Assembly: GCA_964057225.1 (NCBI GenBank)
Contig: OZ059900.1
Location: forward strand, 14,570,001-14,634,000
Direction: 5' to 3'
Length of the DNA stretch: 64,000 bases
Source: Auanema rhodensis
Lineage: Eukaryota; Animalia; Nematoda
Part shown: positions 24,981 through 37,771 of the stretch, one piece after another
How the letters are laid out: each line of letters begins with the position of its first letter
Numbering within the stretch: position 1 is the first letter of the stretch
Notes under the pieces: generated by a model
The model's database searches: none
What the model saw: only the letters and a program-made list of their open reading frames with translations
Told to the model about the DNA's origin: nothing
Position numbers and translations under genes: made by a program

Positions 24981-25052
24981 TCCTCGGTAGTATAGTGGTG
25001 AGTATCCGCGTCTGTCACATGCGAGACCCGGGTTCAATTCCCGGCCGGGGAG
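24981..25052 (+). tRNA. tRNA-Asp(GTC)
   Basis: consensus copy. Confidence 0.95.
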
Positions 25053-25419
25053 AATGTTTTTGTTCTGATTCATCGTTATTGAATGTTATGCTATTTTTGT
25101 TTTCTTCAAAAAGTCGGATAAAAACGATAATTATTAGAAAAAAGATTGTTTTAAACTTTCTGCTTTTTCAAAAGTGATTTGAGCTTGTGATTTTTTTTTA
25201 AATTTTCAAACATTTCTATTTAATTTAAGTGTTCTATCTTAATTACGATGAAAAAAATTGATACGTCAGCGTTTATCAATCGTTAATTGTAACACCAAAC
25301 TTCAATTAGCTCTTTGAGTAAAGTAGGCCATAAATCAAGATATGTTAGAGACAGTGTTTCATTTCTCTACTTTAATTCAAACTCACACTCTTAATGAAAG
25401 TTTCTAAGTGCAAATTCAA

Positions 25420-25491
25420 TCCTCGGTAGTATAGTGGTGAGTATCCGCGTCTGTCACATGCGAGACCCGGGTTCAATTCCCGGCCGGGGAG
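25420..25491 (+). tRNA. tRNA-Asp(GTC)
   Basis: consensus copy. Confidence 0.95.
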
Positions 25492-25858
25492 AATGTTTTT
25501 GTTCTGATTCATCGTTATTGAATGTTATGCTATTTTTGTTTTCTTCAAAAAGTCGGATAAAAACGATAATTATTAGAAAAAAGATTGTTTTAAACTTTCT
25601 GCTTTTTCAAAAGTGATTTGAGCTTGTGATTTTTTTTTAAATTTTCAAACATTTCTATTTAATTTAATTGTTCTATCTTAATTACGATGAAAAAAATTGA
25701 TACGTCAGCGTTTATCAATCGTTAATTGTAACACCAAACTTCAATTAGCTCTTTGAGTAAAGTAGGCCATAAATCAAGATATGTTAGAGACAGTGTTTCA
25801 TTTTTCTACTTTAATTCAAACTCACACTCTTAATGAAAGTTTCTAAGTGCAAATTCAA

Positions 25859-25930
25859 TCCTCGGTAGTATAGTGGTGAGTATCCGCGTCTGTCACATGC
25901 GAGACCCGGGTTCAATTCCCGGCCGGGGAG
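25859..25930 (+). tRNA. tRNA-Asp(GTC)
   Basis: consensus copy. Confidence 0.95.
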
Positions 25931-26296
25931 AATGTTTTTGTTCTGATTCATCGTTATTGAATGTTATGCTATTTTTGTTTTCTTCCAAAAGTCGAATTAA
26001 AAAGATAATTATTAGAAAAAAGGTTATTTTAAACTTTCTGTTTTTTCAAAAGTGATTTGAGCTTGTGATATTTTCTAAATTTTGAAACATTTCCATTTAA
26101 TTTAAGTATTCTATCTCAATTACGATGAAAAAAAATGGAACGTCAGCGTTAATCAATTGTTCATTGTAACACCAAACTTCAATTAGCTCTTTGAGTAAAG
26201 TAGGCCATAAATCAAGATATGTTAGAGACAGTGTTTCATTTTTCTACTTTAATTCAAACTCACCCTCTTAATGAAAGTTTCTAAGTGCAAATTCAA

Positions 26297-26368
26297 TCCT
26301 CGGTAGTATAGTGGTGAGTATCCGCGTCTGTCACATGCGAGACCCGGGTTCAATTCCCGGCCGGGGAG
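26297..26368 (+). tRNA. tRNA-Asp(GTC)
   Basis: consensus copy. Confidence 0.95.
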
Positions 26369-26734
26369 AATGTTTTTGTTCTGATTCATCGTTATTGAAT
26401 GTTATGCTATTTTTGTTTTCTTCAAAAAGTCGGATAAAAACGATAATTATTAGAAAAAAGATTGTTTTAAACTTTCTGCTTTTTCAAAAGTGATTTGAGC
26501 TTGTGATTTTTTTTAAATTCTTAAACATTTCCATTTAATTTAAATGTTCTATCTCAATTACGATGAAAAAAATTGAAACGTCAGCGTTAATCAATTGTTC
26601 ATTCTAACACCAAACTTCAATTAGCTCTTTGAGTAAAGTAGGCCATAAATCAAGATATGTTAGAGACAGTGTTTCATTTTTCTACTTTAATTCAAACTCA
26701 CACTCTTAATGAAAGTTTCTAAGTGCAAATTCAA

Positions 26735-26806
26735 TCCTCGGTAGTATAGTGGTGAGTATCCGCGTCTGTCACATGCGAGACCCGGGTTCAATTCCCGGCC
26801 GGGGAG
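26735..26806 (+). tRNA. tRNA-Asp(GTC)
   Basis: consensus copy. Confidence 0.95.
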
Positions 26807-27173
26807 AATGTTTTTGTTCTGATTCATCGTTATTGAATGTTATGCTATTTTTGTTTTCTTCAAAAAGTCGGATAAAAACGATAATTATTAGAAAAAAGAT
26901 TGTTTTAAACTTTCTGCTTTTTCAAAAGTGATTTGAGCTTGTGATTTTTTTTTAAATTTTCAAACATTTCTATTTAATTTAAGTGTTCTATCTTAATTAC
27001 GATGAAAAAAATTGATACGTCAGCGTTTATCAATCGTTAATTGTAACACCAAACTTCAATTAGCTCTTTGAGTAAAGTAGGCCATAAATCAAGATATGTT
27101 AGAGACAGTGTTTCATTTTTCTACTTTAATTCAAACTCACACTCTTAATGAAAGTTTCTAAGTGCAAATTCAA

Positions 27174-27245
27174 TCCTCGGTAGTATAGTGGTGAGTATCC
27201 GCGTCTGTCACATGCGAGACCCGGGTTCAATTCCCGGCCGGGGAG
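27174..27245 (+). tRNA. tRNA-Asp(GTC)
   Basis: consensus copy. Confidence 0.95.
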
Positions 27246-27611
27246 AATGTTTTTGTTCTGATTCATCGTTATTGAATGTTATGCTATTTTTGTTTTCTTC
27301 AAAAAGTCGAATTAAAAAGATAATTATTAGAAAAAAGATTGTTTTAAACTTTCTGCTTTTTCAAAAGTGATTTGAGCTTGTGATTTTTTTTAAATTCTTA
27401 AACATTTCCATTTAATTTAAATGTTCTATCTCAATTACGATGAAAAAAATTGAAACGTCAGCGTTAATCAAATGTTCATTCTAACACCAAACTTCAATTA
27501 GCTCTTTGAGTAAAGTAGGCCATAAATCAAGATATGTTAGAGACAGTGTTTCATTTTTCTACTTTAATTCAAACTCACACTCTTAATGAAAGTTTCTAAG
27601 TGCAAATTCAA

Positions 27612-27683
27612 TCCTCGGTAGTATAGTGGTGAGTATCCGCGTCTGTCACATGCGAGACCCGGGTTCAATTCCCGGCCGGGGAG
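27612..27683 (+). tRNA. tRNA-Asp(GTC)
   Basis: consensus copy. Confidence 0.95.
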
Positions 27684-28050
27684 AATGTTTTTGTTCTGAT
27701 TCATCGTTATTGAATGTTATGCTATTTTTGTTTTCTTCAAAAAGTCGGATAAAAACGATAATTATTAGAAAAAAGATTGTTATAAACTTTCTGCTTTTTC
27801 AAAAGTGATTTGAGCTTGTGTTTTTTTTCTAAATTGTTAAACATTTCTATTTAATTTAAATGTTCTATCTCAATTACGATGAAAAAAATTGAAACGTCAG
27901 CGTTAATCAATTGTTCATTCTAACACCAAACTTCAATTAGCTCTTTGAGTAAAGTAGGCCATAAATCAAGATATGTTAGAGACAGTGTTTCATTTTTCTA
28001 CTTTAATTCAAACTCACACTCTTAATGAAAGTTTCTAAGTGCAAATTCAA

Positions 28051-28122
28051 TCCTCGGTAGTATAGTGGTGAGTATCCGCGTCTGTCACATGCGAGACCCG
28101 GGTTCAATTCCCGGCCGGGGAG
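28051..28122 (+). tRNA. tRNA-Asp(GTC)
   Basis: consensus copy. Confidence 0.95.
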
Positions 28123-28489
28123 AATGTTTTTGTTCTGATTCATCGTTATTTAATGTTATGCTATTTTTGTTTTCTTCAAAAAGTCGGATAAAAACGATAA
28201 TTATTAGAAAAAAGATTGTTTTAAACTTTCTGCTTTTTCAAAAGTGATTTGAGCTTGTGATTTTTTTTTAAATTTTCAAACATTTCTATTTAATTTAAGT
28301 GTTCTATCTTAATTACGATGAAAAAAAATGATACGTCAGCGTTTATCAATCGTTAATTGTAACACCAAACTTCAATTAGCTCTTTGAGTAAAGTAGGCCA
28401 TAAATCAAGATATGTTAGAGACAGTGTTTCATTTTTCTACTTTAATTCAAACTCACACTCTTAATGAAAGTTTCTAAGTGCAAATTCAA

Positions 28490-28561
28490 TCCTCGGTAGT
28501 ATAGTGGTGAGTATCCGCGTCTGTCACATGCGAGACCCGGGTTCAATTCCCGGCCGGGGAG
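28490..28561 (+). tRNA. tRNA-Asp(GTC)
   Basis: consensus copy. Confidence 0.95.
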
Positions 28562-28928
28562 AATGTTTTTGTTCTGATTCATCGTTATTGAATGTTATGC
28601 TATTTTTGTTTTCTTCAAAAAGTCGGATAAAAACGATAATTATTAGAAAAAAGATTGTTTTAAACTTTCTGCTTTTTCAAAAGTGATTTGAGCTTGTGAT
28701 TTTTTTTTAAATTTTCAAACATTTCTATTTAATTTAAGTGTTCTATCTTAATTACGATGAAAAAAATTGATACGTCAGCGTTTATCAATCGTTAATTGTA
28801 ACACCAAACTTCAATTAGCTCTTTGAGTAAAGTAGGCCATAAATCAAGATATGTTAGAGACAGTGTTTCATTTTTCTACTTTAATTCAAACTCACACTCT
28901 TAATGAAAGTTTCTAAGTGCAAATTCAA

Positions 28929-29000
28929 TCCTCGGTAGTATAGTGGTGAGTATCCGCGTCTGTCACATGCGAGACCCGGGTTCAATTCCCGGCCGGGGAG
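28929..29000 (+). tRNA. tRNA-Asp(GTC)
   Basis: consensus copy. Confidence 0.95.
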
Positions 29001-29366
29001 AATGTTTTTGTTCTGATTCATCGTTATTGAATGTTATGCTATTTTTGTTTTCTTCAAAAAGTCGAATTAAAAAGATAATTATTAGAAAAAAGATTGTTTT
29101 AAACTTTCTGCTTTTTCAAAAGTGATTTGAGCTTGTGATTTTTTTTAAATTCTTAAACATTTCCATTTAATTTAAATGTTCTATCTCAATTACGATGAAA
29201 AAAATTGAAACGTCAGCGTTAATCAAATGTTCATTCTAACACCAAACTTCAATTAGCTCTTTGAGTAAAGTAGGCCATAAATCAAGATATGTTAGAGACA
29301 GTGTTTCATTTTTCTACTTTAATTCAAACTCACACTCTTAATGAAAGTTTCTAAGTGCAAATTCAA

Positions 29367-29438
29367 TCCTCGGTAGTATAGTGGTGAGTATCCGCGTCTG
29401 TCACATGCGAGACCCGGGTTCAATTCCCGGCCGGGGAG
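29367..29438 (+). tRNA. tRNA-Asp(GTC)
   Basis: consensus copy. Confidence 0.95.
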
Positions 29439-29805
29439 AATGTTTTTGTTCTGATTCATCGTTATTGAATGTTATGCTATTTTTGTTTTCTTCAAAAAGT
29501 CGGATAAAAACGATAATTATTAGAAAAAAGATTGTTATAAACTTTCTGCTTTTTCAAAAGTGATTTGAGCTTGTGTTTTTTTTCTAAATTGTTAAACATT
29601 TCTATTTAATTTAAATGTTCTATCTCAATTACGATGAAAAAAATTGAAACGTCAGCGTTAATCAATTGTTCATTCTAACACCAAACTTCAATTAGCTCTT
29701 TGAGTAAAGTAGGCCATAAATCAAGATATGTTAGAGACAGTGTTTCATTTTTCTACTTTAATTCAAACTCACACTCTTAATGAAAGTTTCTAAGTGCAAA
29801 TTCAA

Positions 29806-29877
29806 TCCTCGGTAGTATAGTGGTGAGTATCCGCGTCTGTCACATGCGAGACCCGGGTTCAATTCCCGGCCGGGGAG
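29806..29877 (+). tRNA. tRNA-Asp(GTC)
   Basis: consensus copy. Confidence 0.95.
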
Positions 29878-30244
29878 AATGTTTTTGTTCTGATTCATCG
29901 TTATTTAATGTTATGCTATTTTTGTTTTCTTCAAAAAGTCGGATAAAAACGATAATTATTAGAAAAAAGATTGTTTTAAACTTTCTGCTTTTTCAAAAGT
30001 GATTTGAGCTTGTGATTTTTTTTTAAATTTTCAAACATTTCTATTTAATTTAAGTGTTCTATCTTAATTACGATGAAAAAAATTGATACGTCAGCGTTTA
30101 TCAATCGTTAATTGTAACACCAAACTTCAATTAGCTCTTTGAGTAAAGTAGGCCATAAATCAAGATATGTTAGAGACAGTGTTTCATTTTTCTACTTTAA
30201 TTCAAACTCACACTCTTAATGAAAGTTTCTAAGTGCAAATTCAA

Positions 30245-30316
30245 TCCTCGGTAGTATAGTGGTGAGTATCCGCGTCTGTCACATGCGAGACCCGGGTTCA
30301 ATTCCCGGCCGGGGAG
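30245..30316 (+). tRNA. tRNA-Asp(GTC)
   Basis: consensus copy. Confidence 0.95.
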
Positions 30317-30683
30317 AATGTTTTTGTTCTGATTCATCGTTATTGAATGTTATGCTATTTTTGTTTTCTTCAAAAAGTCGGATAAAAACGATAATTATTA
30401 GAAAAAAGATTGTTTTAAACTTTCTGCTTTTTCAAAAGTGATTTGAGCTTGTGATTTTTTTTTAAATTTTCAAACATTTCTATTTAATTTAAGTGTTCTA
30501 TCTTAATTACGATGAAAAAAATTGATACGTCAGCGTTTATCAATCGTTAATTGTAACACCAAACTTCAATTAGCTCTTTGAGTAAAGTAGGCCATAAATC
30601 AAGATATGTTAGAGACAGTGTTTCATTTTTCTACTTTAATTCAAACTCACACTCTTAATGAAAGTTTCTAAGTGCAAATTCAA

Positions 30684-30755
30684 TCCTCGGTAGTATAGTG
30701 GTGAGTATCCGCGTCTGTCACATGCGAGACCCGGGTTCAATTCCCGGCCGGGGAG
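30684..30755 (+). tRNA. tRNA-Asp(GTC)
   Basis: consensus copy. Confidence 0.95.
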
Positions 30756-31122
30756 AATGTTTTTGTTCTGATTCATCGTTATTGAATGTTATGCTATTTT
30801 TGTTTTCTTCAAAAAGTCGGATAAAAACGATAATTATTAGAAAAAAGATTGTTTTAAACTTTCTGCTCTTTCAAAAGTGATTTGAGCTTGTGATTTTTTT
30901 TTAAATTTTCAAACATTTCTATTTAATTTAAGTGTTCTATCTTAATTACGATGAAATAAATTGATACGTCAGCGTTTATCAATCGTTAATTGTAACACCA
31001 AACTTCAATTAGCTCTTTGAGTAAAGTAGGCCATAAATCAAGATATGTTAGAGACAGTGTTTCATTTTTCTACTTTAATTCAAACTCACACTCTTAATGA
31101 AAGTTTCTAAGTGCAAATTCAA

Positions 31123-31194
31123 TCCTCGGTAGTATAGTGGTGAGTATCCGCGTCTGTCACATGCGAGACCCGGGTTCAATTCCCGGCCGGGGAG
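31123..31194 (+). tRNA. tRNA-Asp(GTC)
   Basis: consensus copy. Confidence 0.95.
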
Positions 31195-31560
31195 AATGTT
31201 TTTGTTCTGATTCATCGTTATTGAATGTTATGCTATTTTTGTTTTCTTCCAAAAGTCGAATTAAAAAGATAATTATTAGAAAAAAGATTGTTTTAAACTT
31301 TCTGCTTTTTCAAAAGTGATTTGAGCTTGTGATTTTTTTTAAATTCTTAAACATTTCCATTTAATTTAAATGTTCTATCTCAATTACGATGAAAAAAATT
31401 GAAACGTCAGCGTTAATCAATTGTTCATTGTAACACCAAACTTCAATTAGCTCTTTGAGTAAAGTAGGCCATAAATCAAGATATGTTAGAGACAGTGTTT
31501 CATTTTTCTACTTTAATTCAAACTCACACTCTTAATGAAAGTTTCTAAGTGCAAATTCAA

Positions 31561-31632
31561 TCCTCGGTAGTATAGTGGTGAGTATCCGCGTCTGTCACAT
31601 GCGAGACCCGGGTTCAATTCCCGGCCGGGGAG
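31561..31632 (+). tRNA. tRNA-Asp(GTC)
   Basis: consensus copy. Confidence 0.95.
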
Positions 31633-31998
31633 AATGTTTTTGTTCTGATTCATCGTTATTGAATGTTATGCTATTTTTGTTTTCTTCAAAAAGTCGGATA
31701 AAGACGATAATTATTAGAAAAAAGATTGTTTTAAACTTTCTGTTTTTTCAAAAGTGGTTTGAGCTTGTGATTTTTTCAAAATTTTCAAACATTTCTATTT
31801 AATTCAAGTGTTCTATCTTAATTACGATGAAAAAAATTGATACGTCAGCGTTTATCAATCGTTAATTGTAACACCAAACTTCAATTAGCTCTTTGAGTAA
31901 AGTAGGCCATAAATCAAGATATGTTAGAGACAGTGTTTCATTTTTCTACTTTAATTCAAACTCACACTCTTAATGAAAGTTTCTAAGTGCAAATTCAA

Positions 31999-32070
31999 TC
32001 CGCGGTAGTATAGTGGTGAGTATCCGCGTCTGTCACATGCGAGACCCGGGTTCAATTCCCGGCCGGGGAG
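31999..32070 (+). tRNA. tRNA-Asp(GTC), T4G variant
   Basis: TCCGCGG, acceptor-stem mismatch. Confidence 0.85.
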
Positions 32071-32436
32071 AATGTTTTTGTTCTGATTCATCGTTATTGA
32101 ATGTTATGCTATTTTTGTTTTCTTCAAAAAGTCGGATAAAGACGATAATTATTAGAAAAAAGATTGTTTTAAACTTTCTGTTTTTTCAAAAGTGGTTTGA
32201 GCTTGTGATTTTTTCAAAATTTTCAAACATTTCTATTTAATTCAAGTGTTCTATCTTAATTACGATGAAAAAAATTGATACGTCAGCGTTTATCAATCGT
32301 TAATTGTAACACCAAACTTCAATTAGCTCTTTGAGTAAAGTAGGCCATAAATCAAGATATGTTAGAGACAGTGTTTCATTTTTCTACTTTAATTCAAACT
32401 CACACTCTTAATGAAAGTTTCTAAGTGCAAATTCAA

Positions 32437-32508
32437 TCCTCGGTAGTATAGTGGTGAGTATCCGCGTCTGTCACTTGCGAGACCCGGGTTCAATTCCCGG
32501 CCGGGGAG
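32437..32508 (+). tRNA. tRNA-Asp(GTC), A39T variant
   Basis: GTCACTTGCG, U31-U39 mismatch. Confidence 0.85.
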
Positions 32509-32874
32509 AATGTTTTTGTTCTGATTCATCGTTATTGAATGTTATGCTATTTTTGTTTTCTTCAAAAAGTCGGATAAAGACGATAATTATTAGAAAAAAG
32601 ATTGTTTTAAACTTTCTGTTTTTTCAAAAGTGGTTTGAGCTTGTGATTTTTTCAAAATTTTCAAACATTTCTATTTAATTCAAGTGTTCTATCTTAATTA
32701 CGATGAAAAAAATTGATACGTCAGCGTTTATCAATCGTTAATTGTAACACCAAACTTCAATTAGCTCTTTGAGTAAAGTAGGCCATAAATCAAGATATGT
32801 TAGAGACAGTGTTTCATTTTTCTACTTTAATTCAAACTCACACTCTTAATGAAAGTTTCTAAGTGCAAATTCAA

Positions 32875-32946
32875 TCCTCGGTAGTATAGTGGTGAGTATC
32901 CGCGTCTGTCACATGCGAGACCCGGGTTCAATTCCCGGCCGGGGAG
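32875..32946 (+). tRNA. tRNA-Asp(GTC)
   Basis: consensus copy. Confidence 0.95.
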
Positions 32947-33313
32947 AATGTTTTTGTTCTGATTCATCGTTATTGAATGTTATGCTATTTTTGTTTTCTT
33001 CAAAAAGTCGGATAAAAACGATAATTATTAGAAAAAAGATTGTTTTAAACTTTCTGCTTTTTCAAAAGTGATTTGAGCTTGTGATTTTTTTTTAAATTTT
33101 CAAACATTTCTATTTAATTTAAATGTTCTATCTTAATTACGATGAAAAAAATTGATACGTCAGCGTTTATCAATCGTTAATTGTAACACCAAACTTCAAT
33201 TAGCTCTTTGAGTAAAGTAGGCCATAAATCAAGATATGTTAGAGACAGTGTTTCATTTTTCTACTTTAATTCAAACTCACACTCTTAATGAAAGTTTCTA
33301 AGTGCAAATTCAA

Positions 33314-33385
33314 TCCTCGGTAGTATAGTGGTGAGTATCCGCGTCTGTCACATGCGAGACCCGGGTTCAATTCCCGGCCGGGGAG
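33314..33385 (+). tRNA. tRNA-Asp(GTC)
   Basis: consensus copy. Confidence 0.95.
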
Positions 33386-33751
33386 AATGTTTTTGTTCTG
33401 ATTCATCGTTATTGAATGTTATGCTATTTTTGTTTTCTTCAAAAAGTCGGATAAAAACGATAATTATTAGAAAAAAGATTGTTATAAACTTTCTGCTTTT
33501 TCAAAAGTGATTTGAGCTTGTGATTTTTTTTAAATTTTCAAACATTTCTATTTAATTTAAGTGTTCTATCTTAATTACGATGAAAAAAATTGATACGTCA
33601 GCGTTTATCAATCGTTAATTGTAACACCAAACTTCAATTAGCTCTTTGAGTAAAGTAGGCCATAAATCAAGATATGTTAGAGACAGTGTTTCATTTTTCT
33701 ACTTTAATTCAAACTCACACTCTTAATGAAAGTTTCTAAGTGCAAATTCAA

Positions 33752-33823
33752 TCCTCGGTAGTATAGTGGTGAGTATCCGCGTCTGTCACATGCGAGACCC
33801 GGGTTCAATTCCCGGCCGGGGAG
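33752..33823 (+). tRNA. tRNA-Asp(GTC)
   Basis: consensus copy. Confidence 0.95.
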
Positions 33824-34190
33824 AATGTTTTTGTTCTGATTCATCGTTATTGAATGTTATGCTATTTTTGTTTTCTTCAAAAAGTCGGATAAAAACGATA
33901 ATTATTAGAAAAAAGATTGTTTTAAACTTTCTGCTTTTTCAAAAGTGATTTGAGCTTGTGATTTTTTTTCAAATTTTCAAACATTTCTATTTAATTTAAG
34001 TGTTCTATCTTAATTACGATGAAAAAAATTGATACGTCAGCGTTTATCAATCGTTAATTGTAACACCAAACTTCAATTAGCTCTTTGAGTAAAGTAGGCC
34101 ATAAATCAAGATATGTTAGAGACAGTGTTTCATTTCTCTACTTTAATTCAAACTCACACTCTTAATGAAAGTTTCTAAGTGCAAATTCAA

Positions 34191-34262
34191 TCCTCGGTAG
34201 TATAGTGGTGAGTATCCGCGTCTGTCACATGCGAGACCCGGGTTCAATTCCCGGCCGGGGAG
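34191..34262 (+). tRNA. tRNA-Asp(GTC)
   Basis: consensus copy. Confidence 0.95.
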
Positions 34263-34629
34263 AATGTTTTTGTTCTGATTCATCGTTATTGAATGTTATG
34301 CTATTTTTGTTTTCTTCAAAAAGTCGGATAAAAACGATAATTATTAGAAAAAAGATTGTTTTAAACTTTCTGCTTTTTCAAAAGTGATTTGAGCTTGTGA
34401 TTTTTTTTTAAATTTTCAAACATTTCTATTTAATTTAATTGTTCTATCTTAATTACGATGAAAAAAATTGATACGTCAGCGTTTATCAATCGTTAATTGT
34501 AACACCAAACTTCAATTAGCTCTTTGAGTAAAGTAGGCCATAAATCAAGATATGTTAGAGACAGTGTTTCATTTTTCTACTTTAATTCAAACTCACACTC
34601 TTAATGAAAGTTTCTAAGTGCAAATTCAA

Positions 34630-34701
34630 TCCTCGGTAGTATAGTGGTGAGTATCCGCGTCTGTCACATGCGAGACCCGGGTTCAATTCCCGGCCGGGGA
34701 G
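34630..34701 (+). tRNA. tRNA-Asp(GTC)
   Basis: consensus copy. Confidence 0.95.
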
Positions 34702-35067
34702 AATGTTTTTGTTCTGATTCATCGTTATTGAATGTTATGCTATTTTTGTTTTCTTCCAAAAGTCGAATTAAAAAGATAATTATTAGAAAAAAGGTTATTT
34801 TAAACTTTCTGTTTTTTCAAAAGTGATTTGAGCTTGTGATATTTTCTAAATTTTGAAACATTTCCATTTAATTTAAGTATTCTATCTCAATTACGATGAA
34901 AAAAAATGGAACGTCAGCGTTAATCAATTGTTCATTGTAACACCAAACTTCAATTAGCTCTTTGAGTAAAGTAGGCCATAAATCAAGATATGTTAGAGAC
35001 AGTGTTTCATTTTTCTACTTTAATTCAAACTCACCCTCTTAATGAAAGTTTCTAAGTGCAAATTCAA

Positions 35068-35139
35068 TCCTCGGTAGTATAGTGGTGAGTATCCGCGTCT
35101 GTCACATGCGAGACCCGGGTTCAATTCCCGGCCGGGGAG
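35068..35139 (+). tRNA. tRNA-Asp(GTC)
   Basis: consensus copy. Confidence 0.95.
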
Positions 35140-35505
35140 AATGTTTTTGTTCTGATTCATCGTTATTGAATGTTATGCTATTTTTGTTTTCTTCAAAAAG
35201 TCGGATAAAAACGATAATTATTAGAAAAAAGATTGTTTTAAACTTTCTGCTTTTTCAAAAGTGATTTGAGCTTGTGATTTTTTTTAAATTCTTAAACATT
35301 TCCATTTAATTTAAATGTTCTATCTCAATTACGATGAAAAAAATTGAAACGTCAGCGTTAATCAATTGTTCATTCTAACACCAAACTTCAATTAGCTCTT
35401 TGAGTAAAGTAGGCCATAAATCAAGATATGTTAGAGACAGTGTTTCATTTTTCTACTTTAATTCAAACTCACACTCTTAATGAAAGTTTCTAAGTGCAAA
35501 TTCAA

Positions 35506-35577
35506 TCCTCGGTAGTATAGTGGTGAGTATCCGCGTCTGTCACATGCGAGACCCGGGTTCAATTCCCGGCCGGGGAG
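35506..35577 (+). tRNA. tRNA-Asp(GTC)
   Basis: consensus copy. Confidence 0.95.
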
Positions 35578-35944
35578 AATGTTTTTGTTCTGATTCATCG
35601 TTATTGAATGTTATGCTATTTTTGTTTTCTTCAAAAAGTCGGATAAAAACGATAATTATTAGAAAAAAGATTGTTTTAAACTTTCTGCTTTTTCAAAAGT
35701 GATTTGAGCTTGTGATTTTTTTTTAAATTTTCAAACATTTCTATTTAATTTAAGTGTTCTATCTTAATTACGATGAAAAAAATTGATACGTCAGCGTTTA
35801 TCAATCGTTAATTGTAACACCAAACTTCAATTAGCTCTTTGAGTAAAGTAGGCCATAAATCAAGATATGTTAGAGACAGTGTTTCATTTTTCTACTTTAA
35901 TTCAAACTCACACTCTTAATGAAAGTTTCTAAGTGCAAATTCAA

Positions 35945-36016
35945 TCCTCGGTAGTATAGTGGTGAGTATCCGCGTCTGTCACATGCGAGACCCGGGTTCA
36001 ATTCCCGGCCGGGGAG
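35945..36016 (+). tRNA. tRNA-Asp(GTC)
   Basis: consensus copy. Confidence 0.95.
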
Positions 36017-36382
36017 AATGTTTTTGTTCTGATTCATCGTTATTGAATGTTATGCTATTTTTGTTTTCTTCAAAAAGTCGAATTAAAAAGATAATTATTA
36101 GAAAAAAGATTGTTTTAAACTTTCTGCTTTTTCAAAAGTGATTTGAGCTTGTGATTTTTTTTAAATTCTTAAACATTTCCATTTAATTTAAATGTTCTAT
36201 CTCAATTACGATGAAAAAAATTGAAACGTCAGCGTTAATCAAATGTTCATTCTAACACCAAACTTCAATTAGCTCTTTGAGTAAAGTAGGCCATAAATCA
36301 AGATATGTTAGAGACAGTGTTTCATTTTTCTACTTTAATTCAAACTCACACTCTTAATGAAAGTTTCTAAGTGCAAATTCAA

Positions 36383-36454
36383 TCCTCGGTAGTATAGTGG
36401 TGAGTATCCGCGTCTGTCACATGCGAGACCCGGGTTCAATTCCCGGCCGGGGAG
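36383..36454 (+). tRNA. tRNA-Asp(GTC)
   Basis: consensus copy. Confidence 0.95.
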
Positions 36455-36821
36455 AATGTTTTTGTTCTGATTCATCGTTATTGAATGTTATGCTATTTTT
36501 GTTTTCTTCAAAAAGTCGGATAAAAACGATAATTATTAGAAAAAAGATTGTTATAAACTTTCTGCTTTTTCAAAAGTGATTTGAGCTTGTGTTTTTTTTC
36601 TAAATTGTTAAACATTTCTATTTAATTTAAATGTTCTATCTCAATTACGATGAAAAAAATTGAAACGTCAGCGTTAATCAATTGTTCATTCTAACACCAA
36701 ACTTCAATTAGCTCTTTGAGTAAAGTAGGCCATAAATCAAGATATGTTAGAGACAGTGTTTCATTTTTCTACTTTAATTCAAACTCACACTCTTAATGAA
36801 AGTTTCTAAGTGCAAATTCAA

Positions 36822-36893
36822 TCCTCGGTAGTATAGTGGTGAGTATCCGCGTCTGTCACATGCGAGACCCGGGTTCAATTCCCGGCCGGGGAG
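36822..36893 (+). tRNA. tRNA-Asp(GTC)
   Basis: consensus copy. Confidence 0.95.
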
Positions 36894-37260
36894 AATGTTT
36901 TTGTTCTGATTCATCGTTATTTAATGTTATGCTATTTTTGTTTTCTTCAAAAAGTCGGATAAAAACGATAATTATTAGAAAAAAGATTGTTTTAAACTTT
37001 CTGCTTTTTCAAAAGTGATTTGAGCTTGTGATTTTTTTTTAAATTTTCAAACATTTCTATTTAATTTAAGTGTTCTATCTTAATTACGATGAAAAAAATT
37101 GATACGTCAGCGTTTATCAATCGTTAATTGTAACACCAAACTTCAATTAGCTCTTTGAGTAAAGTAGGCCATAAATCAAGATATGTTAGAGACAGTGTTT
37201 CATTTTTCTACTTTAATTCAAACTCACACTCTTAATGAAAGTTTCTAAGTGCAAATTCAA

Positions 37261-37332
37261 TCCTCGGTAGTATAGTGGTGAGTATCCGCGTCTGTCACAT
37301 GCGAGACCCGGGTTCAATTCCCGGCCGGGGAG
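37261..37332 (+). tRNA. tRNA-Asp(GTC)
   Basis: consensus copy. Confidence 0.95.
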
Positions 37333-37699
37333 AATGTTTTTGTTCTGATTCATCGTTATTGAATGTTATGCTATTTTTGTTTTCTTCAAAAAGTCGGATA
37401 AAAACGATAATTATTAGAAAAAAGATTGTTTTAAACTTTCTGCTTTTTCAAAAGTGATTTGAGCTTGTGATTTTTTTTTAAATTTTCAAACATTTCTATT
37501 TAATTTAAGTGTTCTATCTTAATTACGATGAAAAAAATTGATACGTCAGCGTTTATCAATCGTTAATTGTAACACCAAACTTCAATTAGCTCTTTGAGTA
37601 AAGTAGGCCATAAATCAAGATATGTTAGAGACAGTGTTTCATTTTTCTACTTTAATTCAAACTCACACTCTTAATGAAAGTTTCTAAGTGCAAATTCAA

Positions 37700-37771
37700 T
37701 CCTCGGTAGTATAGTGGTGAGTATCCGCGTCTGTCACATGCGAGACCCGGGTTCAATTCCCGGCCGGGGAG
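37700..37771 (+). tRNA. tRNA-Asp(GTC)
   Basis: consensus copy. Confidence 0.95.
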
